Assembly (NCBI GenBank): GCA_030619765.1
Contig: JAUXAU010000006.1
Location: 766 to 64,765, forward strand
Source of the DNA: Thermoplasmatota archaeon
GTDB lineage: Archaea > Thermoplasmatota > E2 > DHVEG-1
Length of the DNA stretch: 64,000 nt
Reading direction: 5' to 3'
Shown here: piece by piece, positions 58,625 to 64,000 of the stretch
Numbering within the stretch: position 1 is the stretch's first letter
How the letters are laid out: each line of letters opens with the position of its first letter
Position numbers and translations under genes: made by a program
The notes under the pieces: model-generated
The model's database searches: none
The model's input: only the letters and a program-made list of their open reading frames with translations
Told to the model about the DNA's origin: nothing

Positions 58625-60457
58625 TTATAATCCTATAGACGCACCACATAGTGCAAATATAAAGTTTGCTCCAATGAATCCAAAATAATCCTTTGATATT
58701 GTTATTAGCTCTCCAGAGGTATAAGCATTAAAAGTGAACGGGAAGAACGTTATGCACCTTATGTTCACCGCTTCAAATGTAATATACTGTCCTAGGGTAT
58801 TGAGGTTGGTGATTCTGCCAAAGATGAAGGTGGATACAAACTCAACTGGCACGTCTTTTACTAGTATTTGTTTAATATCGCCAGTATATCTCTCCTTGGT
58901 TACGATAATATCATAGTAAGTATCTGCTCCAACCTGTGGTGCAGTAAACTGTACCATTCCATTCATATCTGTAAGTTTTATTTCATCGTTAAACTCGACT
59001 ATTGCATTTGGTATTACTTTGCCTCCCATTGATTTAATTGTAACATTGAATACAGTTCCTTCGTCTACTTGTGAAGGTGCAGAAATATTCAATATATAGT
59101 ACAGTTCAAAATGATGCATCAACGGGTACAAATCCTGATTACTGCCACCAGATATGTTGTATGGAGTATCTCCTATGCCATCGCCATCATCATCCACTCC
59201 TGTGTAGTCATCCCAGAAGTTGCCTTCTAGCAATGTTGAATTATACCATGTATTACTACCTTCATCATAGGCATTCTGCGTGTTGTTGATTAAGTTGTTA
59301 TGATAGATAAGGTTGTTATTGCTGGAATCATAGAGGTATATGCCCTCATTATTGTTCGTGATGTTGTTTCCAGAGACAATGTTGTTGTTGCATTCCCAAC
59401 TGAAGATTATACCGTTATGGTTGTTCGAGGTGATGGTGTTGCCAGAGAAGACGTTATTTTCGGAATCATGAAGGTATATACCATCCTTGTTGTTTCTGCA
59501 GCTATTGTTAATAAAACTGTCACCATGTGCCATGTCGACATTGATTCCATTTCCATTATTGTTATTACAGGTATTATTTTCAATAATATTTTGATTAGCC
59601 ATCGAATATGATTTCTTACACAAATTACAACGATTGATACCATTCCCGCCATTTTCATTACAGATATTGTTAGTTATAGTGTTAAAAGCACAGTAGTCTG
59701 CAAGATGAATGCCATCTTCGCTGTTTCCAATAAAAGTGTTATTGCTTATGATATTATATTCACTCTCCTCAACGTCGATTCCTTGACCATTGTTTCCACT
59801 GATAATATTATTTTTTATGACATTGTAGCTACTGTACCAGTGGAATATGCCTGTTCCATTACTGCAGTTATTACTGGTAATGAAATTATTGCTGCTACCC
59901 CAAATTTCTATGTAATCACAGTTATTGTCTGTAATTTTATTGTTACTGCTCCCATCTAAGTAGATGGAACTAAAAGTATTGTTGGAAATTATATGATTAC
60001 CAGATTCTTCTATGAGAATGTTGCTACAATCGTTGTTATTAATTCTCAAATTAAAAATATTGAATAAATAAATACCATATCCTCCACCATTTTGAATAGT
60101 AAAGTCACTAACATTCACCCAGTCAGCAGTAACAGAAACAACATCTCCACTTCCACCACCATCTATAATAGTAGTATTTTTATTCTCTCCAATTAGATTG
60201 ATGGTCTTATTTACAACTATATTCTCAAAATATGTTCCATTGTAAACAAAAACTGTATCTCCATTACTCGCATTATTTATTGCAGCTTGAATTGTTGTAT
60301 AATTCCCTGGACCTAAACCTCCGACATATAAGGTATTACCATCGTAGAATGTCGCCCTAGTGGATTTATTATCTACTACTGTGCCAGTTGAAGGTATAAC
60401 ACTCATTCCAATAAACAAGAGAATAACACTAACTGTTAGGGATTTCTTAACAATCAT
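58625..60457 (-). CDS. Secreted NosD/CASH beta-helix protein
   Basis: Signal peptide; TLYVGG.GPGNYTTIQAAI; PbH1 repeats; GNFWDDY..DLYPL. Confidence 0.9.
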   Translation of the reverse strand: MIVKKSLTVSVILLFIGMSVIPSTGTVVDNKSTRATFYDGNTLYVGGLGPGNYTTIQAAINNASNGDTVFVYNGTYFENIVVNKTINLIGENKNTTIIDGGGSGDVVSVTADWVNVSDFTIQNGGGYGIYLFNIFNLRINNNDCSNILIEESGNHIISNNTFSSIYLDGSSNNKITDNNCDYIEIWGSSNNFITSNNCSNGTGIFHWYSSYNVIKNNIISGNNGQGIDVEESEYNIISNNTFIGNSEDGIHLADYCAFNTITNNICNENGGNGINRCNLCKKSYSMANQNIIENNTCNNNNGNGINVDMAHGDSFINNSCRNNKDGIYLHDSENNVFSGNTITSNNHNGIIFSWECNNNIVSGNNITNNNEGIYLYDSSNNNLIYHNNLINNTQNAYDEGSNTWYNSTLLEGNFWDDYTGVDDDGDGIGDTPYNISGGSNQDLYPLMHHFELYYILNISAPSQVDEGTVFNVTIKSMGGKVIPNAIVEFNDEIKLTDMNGMVQFTAPQVGADTYYDIIVTKERYTGDIKQILVKDVPVEFVSTFIFGRITNLNTLGQYITFEAVNIRCITFFPFTFNAYTSGELITISKDYFGFIGANFIFALCGASIGL

Positions 60458-60474
60458 TTCATACGCCTCATGGG

Positions 60475-61314
60475 TTAAAGGCACTTTGGTAGCCAGATAA
60501 TTGGTCCTATGAAAAGTCCTCTCGTTATACTTGTAACTTCTTCTGCGTTTGAAGCATTCAATGTAATAATTATCTTAGGAAAACCAAGTACAAAAATAAA
60601 ACCAACACTTGATATCCGCTCTGATTCATTTACTGGAAGAATCGGTATCGTGCCATTCCAATAAGGAAGTGGAATAATTGGAGGGTCTCTCATTATGATA
60701 TATATGTCGATTGTAATACTCCAGTTAACATTTATGGCATCCATATCTCCTACATTTTTTATATCAAACCAAAGTTTACCAAAATACCAAGGTCGATAAT
60801 CTATCTCGAATTCAGGTTTAGGAGAATATTCACCTATTGTTATTATTACAGGGGCACCATGAATTTCAGGGTGACCAATGCCTTCAACCATCCATCCATC
60901 AATATGGTAGACCCCTTTCGGTACTTGGTTTCCAGAAATGTCAACCTGATTCCAGTAGTCATTAAGCAATTCTACGGTCTCACCACTTGGTATTGTTATA
61001 GGTGTAATCATTGCTGCAAAAGCCTTATCATATGACCATAGATATAGATAATGGTCAACCGAGAAATCAGCTAATTGAGTATCTGGAAACACTAATGTCA
61101 CATCTTCATATCCATTATTAGTAACATTAATAGTTACTTCCACTGGTTCACTAATATCATACTTATTCTTATCAGTAGTCACTGCGACCACTAAGTCATC
61201 TGTATATGCGGTGTCAGATGGTAAATCATTGCTAACAATATGGGGCATAGTGGCTAACAATAAGAGGAAAATCGTTCCAACTACTAACTCTTTCTTGAGC
61301 AGGTTTACTTTCAT
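60475..61314 (-). CDS. Secreted BsuPI-like (proteinase inhibitor-like Ig) protein with conserved C-terminal domain
   Basis: TDKNKY..VTNNG..TLVFP..DF..WS..F..I.SGE..W.Q..G.Y; C-terminal KNVG..AINVNWSI..VLGF domain; GGAGGT RBS. Confidence 0.7.
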   Translation of the reverse strand: MKVNLLKKELVVGTIFLLLLATMPHIVSNDLPSDTAYTDDLVVAVTTDKNKYDISEPVEVTINVTNNGYEDVTLVFPDTQLADFSVDHYLYLWSYDKAFAAMITPITIPSGETVELLNDYWNQVDISGNQVPKGVYHIDGWMVEGIGHPEIHGAPVIITIGEYSPKPEFEIDYRPWYFGKLWFDIKNVGDMDAINVNWSITIDIYIIMRDPPIIPLPYWNGTIPILPVNESERISSVGFIFVLGFPKIIITLNASNAEEVTSITRGLFIGPIIWLPKCL

Positions 61315-61373
61315 GCTTTACCTCCCTTCATTATTCTCATAGACGACATAATATATAAATGCTACCTTCTAGC

Positions 61374-62754
61374 CAGTATCTCCGCAAGTAAAATAAGAAT
61401 TATATTCCCACCTCCATTCAAGAGAGATTGGGATGCTCTCTATGAGGATGGAAAGTGGGAACAACAACGCAATACTCAACAAGATAAATAAACTTGCCTT
61501 AACACTTCTGGCAAGTTCAATATCTTTTATCATCGGAAAGAATGCATCGTACAACGCAATAGACATCATGAAAATAGTTGTCTATGCCTCCATAAGAAAA
61601 CTTTCCATTGAAGGTTCCTCTGAAGAGTTAATAACGCTATCCAAAGGAAAATATTGTTCTCCAGATGTTGTCCAAAGAAGAATCCATCAAAAATCAGGGA
61701 TAGAGATTGTGAAGGCTTTTGACCAAGCCACACAACACATCTGCAGCATTCTGAGGAAAATGAGACTTCTTTTTAGGAGGGTTACTATCGCTATTGATTA
61801 CACTGATAAACCCTATTATGGAGATAGTAACGACCCAGGAGTTATTAGGACAAGACATCAACGTGGTACTAATTATTGCTTCAGATACATCACATTGAGT
61901 GTTGTCATCGGAGATGCAAAGATTACCTTAAAAGCTCTACCGGTGAATCCTTTATCAGACAAAACCAAACTGGTAGACAGACTGCTTACTGAAGCAAAGA
62001 GGATGCACATACGAATTAATCTGGTATTATTGGATAGAAGTTTCTTCACTCAACAGGTTGTTAAAATTATGGATAAACACCATCTTAGATTTTTGTTCCC
62101 AGTTATCAAAAACAAACTGGTGAAAAAAATGATCGCAGATGCACATAAATCTAATAACTACGTCCACAAGTACAAGTTTACAAAAGGGAAAAAGCCAACT
62201 GCTTCGTTCACTATTTTCTTCATGCTGGACCCAGATTCTAGTGAGCGGCAAATCTGGAAACGCTATCATGTTTATGGTACAAACCTCCCAGTTACCAATA
62301 ACAATAGATACGTTTTTGCGGAGATTTACAGAAAACGGTGGAACATAGAAACAAGCTTCAGGGTTGAGAAACAAGAGTTTCTGGCACAGACGTCATCGAA
62401 ATCGTACAGATTCAGGTTATTCCTTTTTCTTGTGGCAGTAATCCTTTATAACCTTTGGATTGTGACAAGGATTGCACTTGGTGAGGCCTTCTATGTAAGA
62501 AGATGGAAGATCTCTATGTACCTCATGATATATTCCTTATCAAGTAGATTATTCCATAGAATGGAATTGTCAACAGAAGACGTCTCTGATTTCTAACACA
62601 ACTGGATTAGCGATAGCTATGTAAAAATTTCCTTATTTTCACTTGAAAACAGGAAATTCAGTTAATAATTTCATAATTTAAACTTATGTTAATTTTTTGA
62701 TCTTGAAAATGATATTCTGATTGATTTCTCCCCTTAACAGTTGCGGAAGTACTG
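61374..62754 (+). mobile_element. Complete ISH3-family (IS4-like DDE) insertion sequence, 1381 bp
   Basis: TIRs cagtatctccgcaa / ttgcggaagtactg (12/14 match); 5-bp TSD CTAGC at 61369-61373 and 62755-62759. Confidence 0.92.
61433..62596 (+). CDS. DDE transposase
   Basis: IAIDYT, LLDRSF, YRKRWNIETSFR, LYNLW. Confidence 0.93.
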   Translation: MLSMRMESGNNNAILNKINKLALTLLASSISFIIGKNASYNAIDIMKIVVYASIRKLSIEGSSEELITLSKGKYCSPDVVQRRIHQKSGIEIVKAFDQATQHICSILRKMRLLFRRVTIAIDYTDKPYYGDSNDPGVIRTRHQRGTNYCFRYITLSVVIGDAKITLKALPVNPLSDKTKLVDRLLTEAKRMHIRINLVLLDRSFFTQQVVKIMDKHHLRFLFPVIKNKLVKKMIADAHKSNNYVHKYKFTKGKKPTASFTIFFMLDPDSSERQIWKRYHVYGTNLPVTNNNRYVFAEIYRKRWNIETSFRVEKQEFLAQTSSKSYRFRLFLFLVAVILYNLWIVTRIALGEAFYVRRWKISMYLMIYSLSSRLFHRMELSTEDVSDF

Positions 62755-62813
62755 CTAGCAGGGATAAACAAATATATCAGTTCTGCATTATTAATATGAA
62801 GAGGGGGAAAGTT

Positions 62814-63568
62814 ATGGTAGGAAATAACCTCATTCAGAAAGGTTTAGCAATTGCTGTTATTCTATTATTTATAGGTCTAGCCTTTGCACCATCTATTAAT
62901 GCCAACGTCACAACAAAACATTAGTAGATTTAACACAGAATAAGGAAACACCAAAAGTGGAAGACATGGCTCCTAAGGAGCATCTTTTTGAGACAATTAT
63001 TGAGATTGCGAATAATTCAGATATCAAAAAGTTATCCGTCCAATATACTAAAAATCTATTCACAATTTATTTTGACAAGAAGGTTGAGTTAAAACAGTTA
63101 TTTTTTAAGAATTTTCGAATTCTCTTCCAATTATTATTTGCAAAACCATCATTGACTTGTGATTATCTGGAATCAATTTATGATAAGGGGACCAAACTTG
63201 CTAGTCTATTTAGTCAAGATGATGTAGCCGAGATGATGGAATCTTTATCTATTACTAATCCAGAAGTATTAGATAAATCAATTTACATTATTAAAAACAA
63301 TGAATCACTATCCAAAAAGATATCAACATTTAAAGAGTTGAATAAGTATATAAAACCTAATCAACGCCCTTGGAATTTTACAATTATTTGTACTATTTTA
63401 GCAATAATCACTTTACCTTTGGTTATCGGTATGATGGCATATATGGTTGCATTTATATTCCCTTCATTAGCATCTTTCTACGCTTATATACTTTTTATTT
63501 TATTATTTCCTATAATGATAATTCTTCTTCCTTTTGCAATTATCGCAGAATTATTAGGTTGTTGGTAG
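62814..63568 (+). pseudogene. Frameshifted secreted/membrane protein
   Basis: Signal peptide ORF MVGNN..APSINA stops at 62924; the body (..LVDLTQNKETPKVEDMAPKEHLFE..) continues in another frame from about 62912. Confidence 0.65.
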
Positions 63569-63753
63569 TTTTAAATTACGATACAGATTCTTCTGGCTAA
63601 AAACCAAATTGGCAGTAAATTAAAAAGATAAGAAGCCAAGCTCCCTTCTCAACCCTTTTGAGAAAGGATGTAAACGCCGTTGTACCAGTAGATAATTGTG
63701 GCTGAATATTAATAATCTAAAAATCCTTATAGAATTACCAAATTCTTTCAGGG

Positions 63754-63812
63754 TAGATAGGTGTTTAAAGTTACTTTAAGCAGTTGATGTCAAGTGGCTT
63801 GACACCTATCTA
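63754..63812. other. Compact three-way-junction secondary structure
   Basis: tagatagg/cctatcta encloses tgtttaaag-tta-ctttaagca and tgtcaag-tgg-cttgaca. Confidence 0.6.
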
Positions 63813-64000
63813 TTTTATTTTGTATTATTGCAGTTCAATAATTTATTATATATAAATTTCGGGGAAATTTTATATAACGGGATTATTCACAAAGAAAACT
63901 ACCATAAATACTAATTTTTTCCTGTTTACCCTATTTTTAGCACAAATGGGGCTAGTTTTTCTCTAAGTTGTTTACTATTCTCAAATAGAATTGTGTGGAT

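Noticed and set aside
54267..60457. AAC-rich repeated segments as a diversity-generating retroelement target/template
   Set aside because: No reverse transcriptase in the window, and the repeats I compared did not show an adenine-only mismatch pattern; Asn richness is normal for beta-helices
63754..63812. Hammerhead ribozyme
   Set aside because: CUGANGA and GAAA core not present on either strand
1..64000. CRISPR array, tRNA or rRNA genes
   Set aside because: No regularly spaced repeats and no recognisable tRNA/rRNA sequence seen by eye

Overview
AT-rich archaeal DNA. The mix of C25 gingipain-like peptidases, PKD/NosD/cohesin surface proteins, DUF1616, HTH-MNT/HEPN modules, an ISH3-type IS and GGAGG/GGTGA RBSs suggests a sediment Thermoplasmata, probably Marine Benthic Group D (inference). 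Layout: (1) 0.5-12 kb: protein and carbohydrate scavenging genes (CPBP protease, GH13, two C25-like peptidases, OPT transporter, secreted proteins). (2) 10.3-15.9 kb: toxin-antitoxin island with two RelE modules (one with an extra unannotated RHH gene), one intact MNT-HEPN pair and two MNTs whose HEPN partners are truncated. (3) 16-25.9 kb: surface and membrane genes, including a possibly dual-coding segment and a duplicated GT2. (4) 26-53 kb: large glycan locus with GT4s, two nucleotide-sugar dehydrogenases, a heparinase II/III-like protein, three sulfotransferases, a sulfatase-fold protein, an M14 hydrolase, a PaaK/CapK-like ligase, a NadE-like enzyme, an acyltransferase, Wzx and a Wzy-like protein. 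(5) 53.5-64 kb: beta-helix surface proteins (two genes in this block appear to start at ATA), a complete IS with TIRs and TSD, a frameshifted gene and a compact three-way-junction element. Best candidates for an undescribed system: the sulfated/decorated glycan pathway, and a conserved ~100-aa C-terminal domain shared by unrelated secreted proteins. All family calls come from motif recognition by eye; no searches were run.
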